The notes under the pieces are model-generated. The model saw only the letters and a list, made by a program, of their open reading frames with translations, searched no databases and had not been told where the DNA came from. Position numbers and translations under genes: made by a program. Source: a virus (Duplodnaviria > Caudoviricetes). From it: a stretch of DNA of 29,398 nt. Positions within the stretch are counted from its first letter, which is position 1. Every line of letters starts with the position of its first letter. The DNA lies in the IMG/VR virus record IMGVR_UViG_3300032225_000122, positions 1-29,398 of that record. The stretch is one strand, 5' to 3'. Shown here one piece after another: positions 1 to 10,368 of the stretch.

Positions 1-876
1 CCACAGAACATCCGTCGTGTTCCACTAGATCTACCACCTGGCATCTTTGCTGAATCTGGTGTGCTGGAACGTGAACTACGTACCGGTGCTCGCTACCCTG
101 AGACTCGCGGCGGTAACACAGACGCATCCATCGTTACAGGTCGTGGTGTACAAGCACTACAGGCTGGATTTGATACACAGATCAAGGCAGCACAAGCACA
201 GTTTGCACATATGTTTGTTGAATTGATTGCACTGTGCTTTAAGACTGATGAAAAGATCTTTGGCAATCGCATCAAGGAAATCCGTGGCGTCGATGACGGT
301 ACTCCTTATACAATGAAGTACATCCCTTCCAAGGCAATCAATGGTGATTACACCGTAGATGTTCGCTACGGAATTATGTCTGGTATGAATCCAAACAACG
401 CAACAGTAGCTTTGCTACAGATGCGCTCAGATAAACTTATTTCACGTGACTATGTACGTCGTGAACTTCCTATTGAAATCAACGTAACTCAGGAAGAGCA
501 GAAGGTTGATATTGAAGAGATGCGCGATGCTCTTCGTGCAGCTATTGGACAGACTGCTTTAGCAATCCCACAGATGATTGCACAAGGACAAGACCCTTCT
601 AAGATCCTAGGATCATTTGCAGAAATGATTAAGGGACGTCAAAAGGGATTGACAATAGAAAATGTTGTGGAGAAGGCGTTTGCGCCAGAGCCACAGCCAG
701 AGGCTGCAGCGATGCAACCTCAAGCCCCAGTAGCAGGTATGGCTCCCGCCTCTGCCTTGCAGCCAAGTATGGAACAACCTGGCGGTGCAGCCCCTGCTGC
801 TGGCGGTCCACAAGGTGCACCTCAAGGTAAACCAGATATTGCATCATTGCTCGCATCAATCGGCGGCGCAGCATAA
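1..876 (+). CDS. Portal (head-tail connector) protein, C-terminal part, 5'-truncated
   Basis: Frame is open from base 1 (PQNIRRVPLDLPPGIFAESGVLERELR...). The R-G...S-(IV)-TGRGVQALQ segment resembles portal stem/clip helices, there is a P/Q/A-rich tail, and it heads the structural module. Confidence 0.75.
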   Translation, partial: PQNIRRVPLDLPPGIFAESGVLERELRTGARYPETRGGNTDASIVTGRGVQALQAGFDTQIKAAQAQFAHMFVELIALCFKTDEKIFGNRIKEIRGVDDGTPYTMKYIPSKAINGDYTVDVRYGIMSGMNPNNATVALLQMRSDKLISRDYVRRELPIEINVTQEEQKVDIEEMRDALRAAIGQTALAIPQMIAQGQDPSKILGSFAEMIKGRQKGLTIENVVEKAFAPEPQPEAAAMQPQAPVAGMAPASALQPSMEQPGGAAPAAGGPQGAPQGKPDIASLLASIGGAA

Positions 877-894
877 CTTCTAGGGAGGTGAAAT

Positions 895-1041
895 ATGAAT
901 AAAGGAAAACAAGCACCAGCACCTATGTCAAAGCCAGTTCACGGCGCAGCAGGAGCAGGAGCCAAGGTAACAGGCGGTGACGTCAAGATGCCTTTTGCTG
1001 GAGCAGCAAAGCCAGGCAAGATGGTAAAGAAGGGCAAGTAA
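895..1041 (+). CDS. Small basic hypothetical protein (48 aa, MNKGKQAPAPMSKP...MVKKGK)
   Basis: Translated by hand; strong SD GGGAGGTG at 883-890; fills the gap after the portal. Confidence 0.75.
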   Translation: MNKGKQAPAPMSKPVHGAAGAGAKVTGGDVKMPFAGAAKPGKMVKKGK

Positions 1042-1064
1042 ATTATTAGTCAGGAGTACTGGGC

Positions 1065-1289
1065 GTGAATAATCATAACGATGAAGTTCCACGTCCAGTA
1101 CGTCCTACTGATGCGTTAGTTATATTTACAGAGTTTATTTACAATATCTGTCAAGTGATTACAAACCTTGCAGAGTCTTTAATGGAATTATCAATTTACC
1201 ACTCAAACCGCGAAACCAAAGTTAATAAGATTTGGGATGATTTCGCACAAGATTTAGAAACTATTCAGGAGGATACAAATGGCGATTGA
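1065..1289 (+). CDS. Hypothetical protein (74 aa)
   Basis: GTG start with AGGAG upstream; overlaps next gene by 11 nt. Confidence 0.7.
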   Translation: MNNHNDEVPRPVRPTDALVIFTEFIYNICQVITNLAESLMELSIYHSNRETKVNKIWDDFAQDLETIQEDTNGD

Positions 1290-1698
1290 AGATCGCACTA
1301 ACCCAATGCAGGGTGTATCAGGTCCTGGCTCATTTTCGAAGCGTACTGATCTTTCATACCAGTCACAATCTTATGGTGATGCAACTGCATACAATGCAGA
1401 TAAGTCAGGTGCGCCTCTTTCAACAGCACCTAAGTCACCAATGCTTTCACAGGCTCCACAAGTCCCAGCAGGCGGTGGAGCAGCATCTGGAATTGGACTT
1501 TATGATGCAACACAACGTCCAAATGAGCCTGTTACACACGGCGTAGATGTTGGACCAGGCGCCGGTTCTGAAGCGTTAATGATGAAGTCACAATTTGCTC
1601 AAGAAAAACTTTCTAATACATTAGCTCAAATGCTTCCATATGACCAGACAGGTGAAATTGGTATCTTGTATCAACAAGCACTTGCACGAGGTATGTAG
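1279..1698 (+). CDS. Hypothetical protein, probable small virion/ejection protein
   Basis: SD AGGAGG upstream; stop overlaps start of the 1641-aa gene. Confidence 0.7.
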   Translation: MAIEDRTNPMQGVSGPGSFSKRTDLSYQSQSYGDATAYNADKSGAPLSTAPKSPMLSQAPQVPAGGGAASGIGLYDATQRPNEPVTHGVDVGPGAGSEALMMKSQFAQEKLSNTLAQMLPYDQTGEIGILYQQALARGM

Positions 1699-4600
1699 TG
1701 GCCAATCCAAATTTAGAAGCTGCAGCTCAGCAAGCTGGTATTACTGGTAAGAAAAAAGAACAAGTTGATGGGTTGTCTAAGTTATTAGATTCTCATAAGG
1801 CTCTTCTTTCCCTACCAGAAACACAAGCAAAAGCAAAGTTTGAAAGCCTGCCAGCTGACCAGCAAAATGCACACGTTGCAATGTTTGGTGGTGGCAAAGG
1901 TCCTGTAGGTTGGCTAGGAGATGCAGCCCACTATATGGGTAATGTTGTTAAATCAACAATTGCTTTACCTTTTAAGGCTCTTAATGAAGTGTCAGATTTT
2001 ATGACACGTGTATATCGTACTGGTGCTATTGCAGTCGACCAAGGTGTTGACCTTGGTAAAGCATTTGCTATTGCAAATGATAAAGGCGATAAAGTATTTA
2101 GCCCTGGTCGTATTCAAGATGCAACTAAAACTTATGGCTCAGATATGATGTCAGTGGCAATGAAGGTTGCCAGTGGTATGACTTTGTCTGAAGTTGTTGC
2201 AACAGGATCAGAAGCAGAAAAACAAATTGCTTCAATTGGCGTTCAAAAGAAAGATAAAGATTTTCTTCTTAATGATGCTATTGCTGCAGCTAACGCTGCT
2301 AAGTATTCTCCTGGTCGTCAATTAGCAAATTTTATTTTACCTGCTTCTATGGAAGGTAGAGGATTTCTCTACAAAGGTATTTCTGGTATCGGCGATGCTG
2401 GTTATCGTATCTTTGCTGACCCAACACTTGCACTAGGTAAGGCTAAAAAAGCCTACGATGCTGGTGATTTTCTACTTTTTCGTTTACTGGGTAAAGAAGA
2501 TTTTACTTATGGTCGTAACCTTATGGCTTCTGCTGGTGTGCCAGAACAGATTAACCGTATTTTTGCTAACCCTGGTGTAAACGTATTATTTGATAAATAC
2601 GGTGCAGCACTTGGAAAACTTAAAGATGCCCGTAATGCTGGTGATAGAATTGCCGGTGCTGAAGCAATGACCCAAGCCAAAACTCTTATTCCTGAATTTG
2701 GTGATACTGGTATCAATATGTTGATGGATGCTGGTGTGCGTGATGCTGCTACAGCTAAAGCCTATCTTGCAAACCATTCTGATGTAAAAACTATTCTTGC
2801 TGGTGGAGGTGCTCGTAGAACCGCACTTGTTCCAACAATGAGTCCAGGCAGAGCAATTCGCGTTGCTACATTTACAAGTGCTAATAAAGTATTTAACATT
2901 GATAGAGTAGGACAAGCAATTGTCAAGGCTATCTATGGTGCTGAAGGTCCAGGAACAGATGTTGTTGGCGCCCTTACTAGCCAAGGCACACGTGAGCGCA
3001 TTGGTATTCTTGAAGCATCTGTGGGTAAGTTACGTGGCAAAGATTTAGGTGGAGCAGTACGCTTTTCTGATAATCAAATTGCAGGTCGTATTGATCGCTT
3101 TGCTCGTAAGTTTACAACTATTCCATTCTTTGAGAATGGCTTCTTTGATGTAATGGGTGTTGGAGCAGAAGATAAGATTTATCAACTTGCTGCTTTGAGT
3201 AATACTCGTTGGCACTCAAAAGTAATTCGTGAAGCATTTGCTGCTGGCGATGAAGGACAACGCCGTCAAATCTTTACAGGACTTTGGGATACTATCTCTG
3301 AGATTCGTCAAGTAACACGTACTGCAGAAGGTAAGAACTTTGTAGATCAGTTTTCTGGTAAAGGTTTAGATTACCGTTACGGAGCAGATGTAGTATTTGA
3401 AAAACTTGGTGCAGATGGAAAGCCTCTTATCGATGAACTTGGAAACAAGATCTACGAGATAAAGAACTATGCAGACTTTAATGGTCAGCAATTAGCTCTT
3501 CACGGGTACCAGTTGTCAACATCTATGGCAGTTCCATCTATTATTGACCTTGATCGCTTATCAGCACACGCAGGTATTATCAACCGTCTTATTGGAATTT
3601 CACATCAGAAGTGGGCAGAACGCCTAACATCTGGATGGGTAATAGGAACACTTGCTGGTCCAAAGTTTCCAATACGTAACGCTGGTGAAGACCTTATGAT
3701 CCACCTTGCTATTGGTGATTCTCCTTGGGGGATTGTTAAAGGACGCCTTGTCTCAACAAATCTTCGTAAGTTTAGAGAAGCAGAAGCAGGCATTACTCGT
3801 GAGCAACGTGACTTAGGCCAAGAGATCCAAGACCTTAAAGCAGCTATTAAAGATGCTGACAATATGGAAGGTCGTATTGAAAGTTTTGAAACACGTAGCA
3901 AGATGGCATCTAAAGCTGCTGAAGCAGCAAAGATCCTTCCAGAAAAGCAAGCAGCTCTTCGTCAATTAGAAGGCAATAAATTTAAGTTCTACGAATCACG
4001 CCTTGGTTTTGTCAATCGTCTTGTTGGCCGTAACCAGGTAAAAGAATTTCAGGCAAAAATTGCTGAAGCTGGCGATAACGTAGAAGAAGTTCGCAAGATA
4101 ATGGTTGAGGCTATGCTTAACAACAAACTTGCCTCACGTGCTTTATCAGATACAGACAAAAAGTATCTTGCTGAATTTGCTCAATATGGCAGAACACAAG
4201 AAATTCTTGACGGCGTATCTGAAGGAAGTAAGAACACTCTTCGCGGTGGAGATTATTCTATTCAGGCTAGTAACGATACTAAGCAATACGGTAAACTTCG
4301 TGCTATTGAGTACGACGGCAAAGCGTATAAGCAATCTGGTAGTTCATTTGCGGACTTTAACCCTGTTGCTACAGATCAAGCACGCCTTGGTTGGCTTGTA
4401 AAGATTGCTCTTCATACTAATGATGAAGTAGATAGCGTACTTCTCAAGCATCTTAATGACAAAGAACGCTCTATTCAGGACTTAGTAGATTATCTTGATG
4501 CAACTCCAGGATTAAAGAATCGTTTTCAGTCTATCTCTGGTGGGCTTGCTACAACATACGAGCACGCAGAACGTGCATATATGGATGTTCTTAATACATT

Positions 4601-6623
4601 TTCAAAGAAGAACGGCAAACTCAACGAAGACCTATGGAATAAGATCCGTAAAGAAGGTCCTGATGGAGAGATTCGTTTATCAAGCAAGACTCTTTCTATA
4701 GATGATCTGCCAAAGAAAACTGATGCTGATCTACACCCTACTTCAATCTCAGGTCCTAATCTGATACCAGTAGGCAACTCAGATAACATTGGTGCTAGTT
4801 TAGTTTCTCAACTATGGGATTATATGGGAGAGGCAAACTCACGTTTCTCACGTGAAGGTATTGTCTTTGATGCAATGCTTGACATCCGTAAGCAAATGGA
4901 TGAAACAGGTTTTGCTAAGCGCATTTATGATGAACTAACTCTTGGTAAGACTGGTGCTGAATTAGATAAAGCACACAATTATGCTATGACTCATATTACT
5001 TCTATTGCAGAAGATATGGCAAAAAACCGCGTATTGGCTTATGTAGATAACCCTGAAGTACGCAGCCAGTTGGCTATGTCAACACGTAACTTTGCTCGTT
5101 TCTATCGTGCAACTGAAGACTTCTACCGTCGTGTTTACCGTACTGTTAAGTACAATCCAGAAGCAATTACACGTGCAAGCCTTACTTATGAAGGTATTGC
5201 ACATTCAGGATTTGTGCATACTGATGCAAGCACAGGCGATCAATACTTCTTGTACCCAGGATTAACCCCTGTATACAAGGTAATGAATAAGATGATGAAG
5301 GCTTTTGGCGTACAGGATGCGTTTAAGGCACCTATGCCAGTTGAATTTGGTGGATCATTGAAGATGATTACACCATCTCTAAACCCTGATTCTATCTTCC
5401 CAACATTTGCAGGTCCATTAGCAGCAATTCCAATTAAAGTTATTGGAAATATCATCCCACAAACTAAAAGTTTAGAGCAGTATTTAACAGGTGGTTACGG
5501 CGTAGATCAACCTTTGATTGCAGCCGTTCTTCCAGCACACGTTAATCGTTTGTTCCAAGCATTAAGTACAGATGAACGCAATTCACAAGGAGCATCAGCT
5601 GCTCGTAAAGCAGCAACTTACTTAGAGGCTACAGGTCACGGATTAGATATTAAAATTGACCCAGCAACTGGTCTTGAAATAGCACCATCTCCTTCAGAGG
5701 TATCTGCTTATCAAGATAAGTTACAGGCTTCAACTTTCACTGTTCTTGGTCTTCGTTTCTTGTTTGGATTTATAGCACCTGCTTCACCATCTATTCAGTT
5801 AAAATCTGATATGGCTAGTTGGGTTCGTGACAATGGACAAACAAGTTACAAGGCAGCTTTCAATGACCTACGTACACGCTATGGAGATATTGATAAAGCT
5901 ACTAAGGAATGGATTCGACTATTCCCAGATCAGATGCCTTATACAATTTCAGAGTCTCAGGCAACAACAGTTGCTTCTGTAAATGCAGTCGGTGCAGCTA
6001 CTGATTGGATTAACCAGAATGGTGATGTATTAAAGAAGTATAAGGAAGCCGGAGCATTTCTTATTCCTAATGCTGGTTCTTTTGACTTTGATGCTTACAA
6101 GTTATTATTTAAGTCAGGCTTAAAGGTTAATAAGACACTTACAGACTTTGTCAATGAAGTATCTGCTGCTAAAGACAAGCAAATTTATTACAGCAAGAAA
6201 GATGAATTTGACCAACAGATGGCATATACAACTTCTACTGATGCTAAACGTGTGCTTAGAGATCAATGGCAGTCTTGGTCTGATGAATTCAAGGGTGCAC
6301 GTCCTGCACTACAAGAAGAACTAAGCACAGGGTCTGCTAAAGCCGTTCAACGTACACGTGCCCTAGATGATCTGCGTAATATGCTTAATGATAAGAGTGT
6401 TATAGCACAACCAGCATTAAGAAAAACTCTTAAAGATATGCTTGATACTTATGATAGTTATATCTCACAACGAGATTTTGCTAGTTTCTCAAGTGCTGGT
6501 AATAGTCAGAACTATAAAGATATGTTAAAACTTAATGCACAAAATACTCTACAGGCTATGTCTGAAGGTAATTCAAATGCATTAGCAGCATACAATTCAC
6601 TATTTGCACCATTATTTAGATAA
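1698..6623 (+). CDS. Large (1641 aa) probable internal virion / DNA-ejection protein
   Basis: Very long Ala/Gly/Lys-rich, helical-looking ORF in the structural module, typical in size of podovirus ejection proteins; no catalytic motif recognised. Confidence 0.6.
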   Translation: MANPNLEAAAQQAGITGKKKEQVDGLSKLLDSHKALLSLPETQAKAKFESLPADQQNAHVAMFGGGKGPVGWLGDAAHYMGNVVKSTIALPFKALNEVSDFMTRVYRTGAIAVDQGVDLGKAFAIANDKGDKVFSPGRIQDATKTYGSDMMSVAMKVASGMTLSEVVATGSEAEKQIASIGVQKKDKDFLLNDAIAAANAAKYSPGRQLANFILPASMEGRGFLYKGISGIGDAGYRIFADPTLALGKAKKAYDAGDFLLFRLLGKEDFTYGRNLMASAGVPEQINRIFANPGVNVLFDKYGAALGKLKDARNAGDRIAGAEAMTQAKTLIPEFGDTGINMLMDAGVRDAATAKAYLANHSDVKTILAGGGARRTALVPTMSPGRAIRVATFTSANKVFNIDRVGQAIVKAIYGAEGPGTDVVGALTSQGTRERIGILEASVGKLRGKDLGGAVRFSDNQIAGRIDRFARKFTTIPFFENGFFDVMGVGAEDKIYQLAALSNTRWHSKVIREAFAAGDEGQRRQIFTGLWDTISEIRQVTRTAEGKNFVDQFSGKGLDYRYGADVVFEKLGADGKPLIDELGNKIYEIKNYADFNGQQLALHGYQLSTSMAVPSIIDLDRLSAHAGIINRLIGISHQKWAERLTSGWVIGTLAGPKFPIRNAGEDLMIHLAIGDSPWGIVKGRLVSTNLRKFREAEAGITREQRDLGQEIQDLKAAIKDADNMEGRIESFETRSKMASKAAEAAKILPEKQAALRQLEGNKFKFYESRLGFVNRLVGRNQVKEFQAKIAEAGDNVEEVRKIMVEAMLNNKLASRALSDTDKKYLAEFAQYGRTQEILDGVSEGSKNTLRGGDYSIQASNDTKQYGKLRAIEYDGKAYKQSGSSFADFNPVATDQARLGWLVKIALHTNDEVDSVLLKHLNDKERSIQDLVDYLDATPGLKNRFQSISGGLATTYEHAERAYMDVLNTFSKKNGKLNEDLWNKIRKEGPDGEIRLSSKTLSIDDLPKKTDADLHPTSISGPNLIPVGNSDNIGASLVSQLWDYMGEANSRFSREGIVFDAMLDIRKQMDETGFAKRIYDELTLGKTGAELDKAHNYAMTHITSIAEDMAKNRVLAYVDNPEVRSQLAMSTRNFARFYRATEDFYRRVYRTVKYNPEAITRASLTYEGIAHSGFVHTDASTGDQYFLYPGLTPVYKVMNKMMKAFGVQDAFKAPMPVEFGGSLKMITPSLNPDSIFPTFAGPLAAIPIKVIGNIIPQTKSLEQYLTGGYGVDQPLIAAVLPAHVNRLFQALSTDERNSQGASAARKAATYLEATGHGLDIKIDPATGLEIAPSPSEVSAYQDKLQASTFTVLGLRFLFGFIAPASPSIQLKSDMASWVRDNGQTSYKAAFNDLRTRYGDIDKATKEWIRLFPDQMPYTISESQATTVASVNAVGAATDWINQNGDVLKKYKEAGAFLIPNAGSFDFDAYKLLFKSGLKVNKTLTDFVNEVSAAKDKQIYYSKKDEFDQQMAYTTSTDAKRVLRDQWQSWSDEFKGARPALQEELSTGSAKAVQRTRALDDLRNMLNDKSVIAQPALRKTLKDMLDTYDSYISQRDFASFSSAGNSQNYKDMLKLNAQNTLQAMSEGNSNALAAYNSLFAPLFR

Positions 6624-6642
6624 TTAACAGGGAGATCGCTCA

Positions 6643-8436
6643 ATGGCACTTGATATAAATAAGCTGATTGCTGATGCTCAAGCAGCACGTGCAGCAGCTG
6701 AGGCAAAGAAAGCGGCTGCAGATAAAGTCGCTGCTGCGCTTAAATCATCAACTGCCGCTAACCGTAAATTCAAAGCAGAAGCTGATAATAAACTTAATTA
6801 TGCAAATGCGCTTTCATCATCTCTTAGAGAGTTTGAAGGAAAACTTACAATCTATGCAAATCAAATTGCACGTGATGGTAAACTAGATGCTGTATCTCAA
6901 AAGGATTTTGATAATCTTCTAAATCAATATCAAAAGACAGATAAGACTTATTCAAAGACTATTGCAGAAGTTGATAAAATTCTTGCTTCAGCACCTTCAC
7001 CTACAAAGGTTGTAGTCAAAGGTGGAAAAGCAGAGGTAGCACCTACTGCTGAAGAAGTTGCAGCAAAAGGCACAGATAAAACAGCAATTACTCCAGAACA
7101 AAAACCAGAAGATTTTGCTGGATTATTAAAGAGTGCTCCACAATTTATCCGCAAAATGTCTGATACAGACCGCAAGTTCTTAGCTGCAAATCTAAATGAA
7201 TCACTAGGACTAAAGATTCCGGTAGTAGGCGTATACACAGACGCTCTTCTTGGTGCATACCAAAGTGCTATCTCTGGCGCTCAGGCTGCTTACAATACTT
7301 TCAAAGATGTATTCTCTGTTAACCAATATCTTCAACAGAAAAAACTTGAGACTGCTGCACTAAAAGGCATAGGTGGAACAGGTGGACCATCGCTAGCCCA
7401 GTACCCAGTTATTTCTAGTAACTCAGATGCTAAGGCTTTATTTAATAAAGTATTCCAAAGCGAATTAAGTCGTGATGCTACAGATGCAGAAATCAAGCAG
7501 TTAACTCCATTATTAAAAGCAGCACAAGCTGCTAATCCAGAATCTACTAAGTCAACTACAATCAATGGCAAGAAGGTTCTGGAAAGAACTAGCGGGCTTA
7601 ACACTGAACAATGGGTTATTGACCAATTAAGCAAAGATGCAAAACTTAAAGCTGAACTAGATAAAGCCAACTTAACGTCTCCCGATCTTGCAAAGCGTCT
7701 GGCTGATAAGAAAATTTATGATACTGCTTTGATAGCAGCAGGTAATGATCCTGCAAAGATTCAAGCCCTAAAAGAAACCACTGCTTATGGTCGTGGCATT
7801 AAAGAGTTTGAAAACGGTATTACTCAACTTGCCTTTGAGCAAGGTGCTACTAATACTCCTGAAGAAATTAGTGCAATTGCTAAAGCCCTTTATGACAAGG
7901 GAATTTCAGCAGCAAGTTCTACTTTTAAGACTGAGGTAAATACAGCCCTTAAATTTGGCGCTGATAAGATTGGCAAGTACACAGGTAAAGCAGGAGAAAC
8001 ATTTGCTGACCTAGCAACAACTGCTGCTGCTAATGGATTAGATCTTCAAAAGGCTTTTGGTTCAAACCTACCTAACTGGATAAGTGCAGTTGAAAAGGGA
8101 GAATCAATTGATACCTATAAGCGCATAATCCGTGACCAGGCAAAGATCGGTATGCCTGAGAAGGTAGCCAAGTTGCTAGATCAGGGTGTAGATCTTGAAA
8201 CAATTTACACACCATATAAGAATCTTATGGCTAGCACACTAGAGATTAACCCTAAGACTATTACATTAAATGACCCAACACTTCGTACTGCCATCACTGC
8301 AGATGCTGAAGTACCATTGTACCAATTTGAGCGAGATCTTCGTAAAGATAATCGTTGGCAATATACCAATCAAGCAAAGAGTGAAGTATCAAGTGCCGCA
8401 CAACAGGTTCTTAAAGACTTCGGATTTATGGGGTAA
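6643..8436 (+). CDS. Probable internal virion protein (597 aa)
   Basis: SD GGGAG; Ala/Lys-rich helical N-terminus; co-linear with flanking large structural genes. Confidence 0.55.
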   Translation: MALDINKLIADAQAARAAAEAKKAAADKVAAALKSSTAANRKFKAEADNKLNYANALSSSLREFEGKLTIYANQIARDGKLDAVSQKDFDNLLNQYQKTDKTYSKTIAEVDKILASAPSPTKVVVKGGKAEVAPTAEEVAAKGTDKTAITPEQKPEDFAGLLKSAPQFIRKMSDTDRKFLAANLNESLGLKIPVVGVYTDALLGAYQSAISGAQAAYNTFKDVFSVNQYLQQKKLETAALKGIGGTGGPSLAQYPVISSNSDAKALFNKVFQSELSRDATDAEIKQLTPLLKAAQAANPESTKSTTINGKKVLERTSGLNTEQWVIDQLSKDAKLKAELDKANLTSPDLAKRLADKKIYDTALIAAGNDPAKIQALKETTAYGRGIKEFENGITQLAFEQGATNTPEEISAIAKALYDKGISAASSTFKTEVNTALKFGADKIGKYTGKAGETFADLATTAAANGLDLQKAFGSNLPNWISAVEKGESIDTYKRIIRDQAKIGMPEKVAKLLDQGVDLETIYTPYKNLMASTLEINPKTITLNDPTLRTAITADAEVPLYQFERDLRKDNRWQYTNQAKSEVSSAAQQVLKDFGFMG

Positions 8437-9743
8437 TGATGGCTAGATACAATGATGCTTTTGATAGCTACACCACTCCAACATCTTTCCTACCAGAAGA
8501 TTCTGCAGTTAAAAATGCAGCCAAGGTAGCAGCATCTAATGCTAATGCTACTGCTCAAGCAGGCGAAGATAACTATTACACAAAAGTAGTATCTGGTGGT
8601 AAGACTCAAGCACAACTTGATGCACTTGCTAATGCTCGTACAACAGCAACAACTATTCGTGATACATCTACTACAAAGACATCAACCGTAGATCCAGTAA
8701 CTGGTAAGGTTATTACTACACCAAAGGGAACAGTATTAACTGGAAGCAAATCCACAATAGGATCTGGTGTAGATACTAGCCAAGCAGATGCTATTAGATA
8801 TGCTGCTGATAAAGCAGCGGCTACTGAAGCAGCAAAGGCAGCAGCTGATGCAAAAGCATTAGAAGAAGCAAAGCTACAAGATCGTCAATCTGCCTATGAT
8901 CTTTTGTTTAATGAGTTTAGTAAGTATGGTTTAGGTTCACTAGTACAGGGTATTAAGGGACTTATTCAATCCAATGTCTCACCTTCACAGTTTGCAATTG
9001 AATTGCAAAATACTAAAGAATACCAACAGCGTTTTTCAGCAAACCAAGACCGTATTAAAGCAGGGCTTAAAGCACTATCACCTGCAGAATATATTGGGTT
9101 AGAAGACCAGTACCAGAACATTATGCGTAACTATGGATTACCTGCTTCTTACTATGCAAAAGATTCAATAGGTACACAAGCAGGATTTAATAAACTACTT
9201 GGTGCTGATGTATCTGCTACAGAGTTAGAAGACCGTATTGCTACAGCACAACAGCGTGTACTTAACTCTAACCCAGAGGTATTGCGAGCACTCAAGCAGT
9301 TCTATCCTGATATTAACAATGCAGACATTTTGGCATACACACTTGACCCACAGAACGCATTGACTAATATCAAGCGTAAGGTAACTGCAGCTGAGATCGG
9401 TGGAGCAGCACTTGCTCAAGGTCTACAGGCACAAGGTGGAACTGCTGAATCATTAGCAGGTCTTGGTATCACTAAGGCACAAGCACAGCAGGGTTATACA
9501 GAAATTGCAGGTCTATTACCTACTGCTTCAAAGTTATCTGATATCTACGGTCAAGGCCCATACACACAAGGTACAGCAGAAGCAGAAGTATTTAATACCG
9601 CAGGTGCAGCAGAGGCTGCAGCAAAGCGTAAGAAACTAACATCACTAGAGACTGCACAATTTAGCGGCTCATCTGGTGTTGGTGCCCTAGGCAGAGATAA
9701 GAAAGCCTACGGAATGATAGAAGGCCAGACTGGTCTGTACTAA
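8436..9743 (+). CDS. Probable internal virion protein (435 aa)
   Basis: TAATG coupling to previous gene; Thr-rich N-terminal region then helical Ala/Gln-rich region. Confidence 0.55.
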   Translation: MMARYNDAFDSYTTPTSFLPEDSAVKNAAKVAASNANATAQAGEDNYYTKVVSGGKTQAQLDALANARTTATTIRDTSTTKTSTVDPVTGKVITTPKGTVLTGSKSTIGSGVDTSQADAIRYAADKAAATEAAKAAADAKALEEAKLQDRQSAYDLLFNEFSKYGLGSLVQGIKGLIQSNVSPSQFAIELQNTKEYQQRFSANQDRIKAGLKALSPAEYIGLEDQYQNIMRNYGLPASYYAKDSIGTQAGFNKLLGADVSATELEDRIATAQQRVLNSNPEVLRALKQFYPDINNADILAYTLDPQNALTNIKRKVTAAEIGGAALAQGLQAQGGTAESLAGLGITKAQAQQGYTEIAGLLPTASKLSDIYGQGPYTQGTAEAEVFNTAGAAEAAAKRKKLTSLETAQFSGSSGVGALGRDKKAYGMIEGQTGLY

Positions 9744-9753
9744 ATAAAGCCTG

Positions 9754-9860
9754 CCACTAGAACCACCGGCCTAGTGGAGCGATAACAATTACCGGTAGCA
9801 GGAGCCATACGAGTGATCCCCAGAATCGTATGAGGCCTGCGTTAACTAGAAGAATGGGAG
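9754..9860 (+). promoter_or_regulatory. Candidate structured cis-regulatory RNA (two stem-loops, each with a possible pseudoknot) in the scaffold gene leader
   Basis: CCACTAG(9754-60)/CTAGTGG(9771-77); loop ACCGG(9765-69)/CCGGT(9792-96); GCAGG(9798-9802)/CCTGC(9836-40); CATACGA(9806-12)/TCGTATG(9826-32); loop TCCCCA complementary over 4 bp to SD region TGGGAG(9855-60). Confidence 0.6.
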
Positions 9861-9867
9861 ATGGACT

Positions 9868-10341
9868 ATGTCCAATTTCGAGTATGAGGACGACGAAGAT
9901 GATTTCACCACACCGGTGAATGATGGTAATGACCTCGTCAAACAACTGCGTAAAGCAGCAAAGCAAAAGGATAAAGAACTCGCAGAGCTTCGTGCTCAAT
10001 TCGAGGGAGTATCCAAAGCACAAAGAGAACGAAACATTAAAGACGTCCTTGAATCTCGCGGGGTAAACAGCAAGATTGCAAAGTTTATCCCATCGGACTT
10101 AGACCCAACTGAGGAGTCTTTGTCTAAGTGGCTTGACGATAACGGAGACGTTTTCGGATTTCAAACCACTGAATCCAACCAGAACACCGTAGACCCAAAG
10201 CAAGCTGCAGACTATAACCGTATGAATAACGCTACTAGTCAGGCCCAAACGCCTGATTCGTCAGATGATCTCCTACGCAAACTAATGTCTGCTAACTCGA
10301 AAGAGGAACTTGACGAAGTCATTCGGATGTCTGGACTCTAA
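9868..10341 (+). CDS. Capsid scaffolding protein
   Basis: Acidic N-terminus, coiled-coil segment (LVKQLRKAAKQKDKELAELRAQFE), directly upstream of the capsid gene. Confidence 0.75.
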   Translation: MSNFEYEDDEDDFTTPVNDGNDLVKQLRKAAKQKDKELAELRAQFEGVSKAQRERNIKDVLESRGVNSKIAKFIPSDLDPTEESLSKWLDDNGDVFGFQTTESNQNTVDPKQAADYNRMNNATSQAQTPDSSDDLLRKLMSANSKEELDEVIRMSGL

Positions 10342-10368
10342 ACCAACTAACCGAAAGGCACATCCTAA

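Noticed and set aside
1698-6623. Tape measure protein or virion RNA polymerase
   Set aside because: No periodic aromatic repeats, no upstream tail tube or chaperone genes, and no polymerase catalytic motifs recognised
9744-9867. Known self-cleaving ribozyme (HDV-like, pistol, twister) or tRNA
   Set aside because: Could not map the required conserved cores or a cloverleaf by eye; kept only as an unassigned structured RNA
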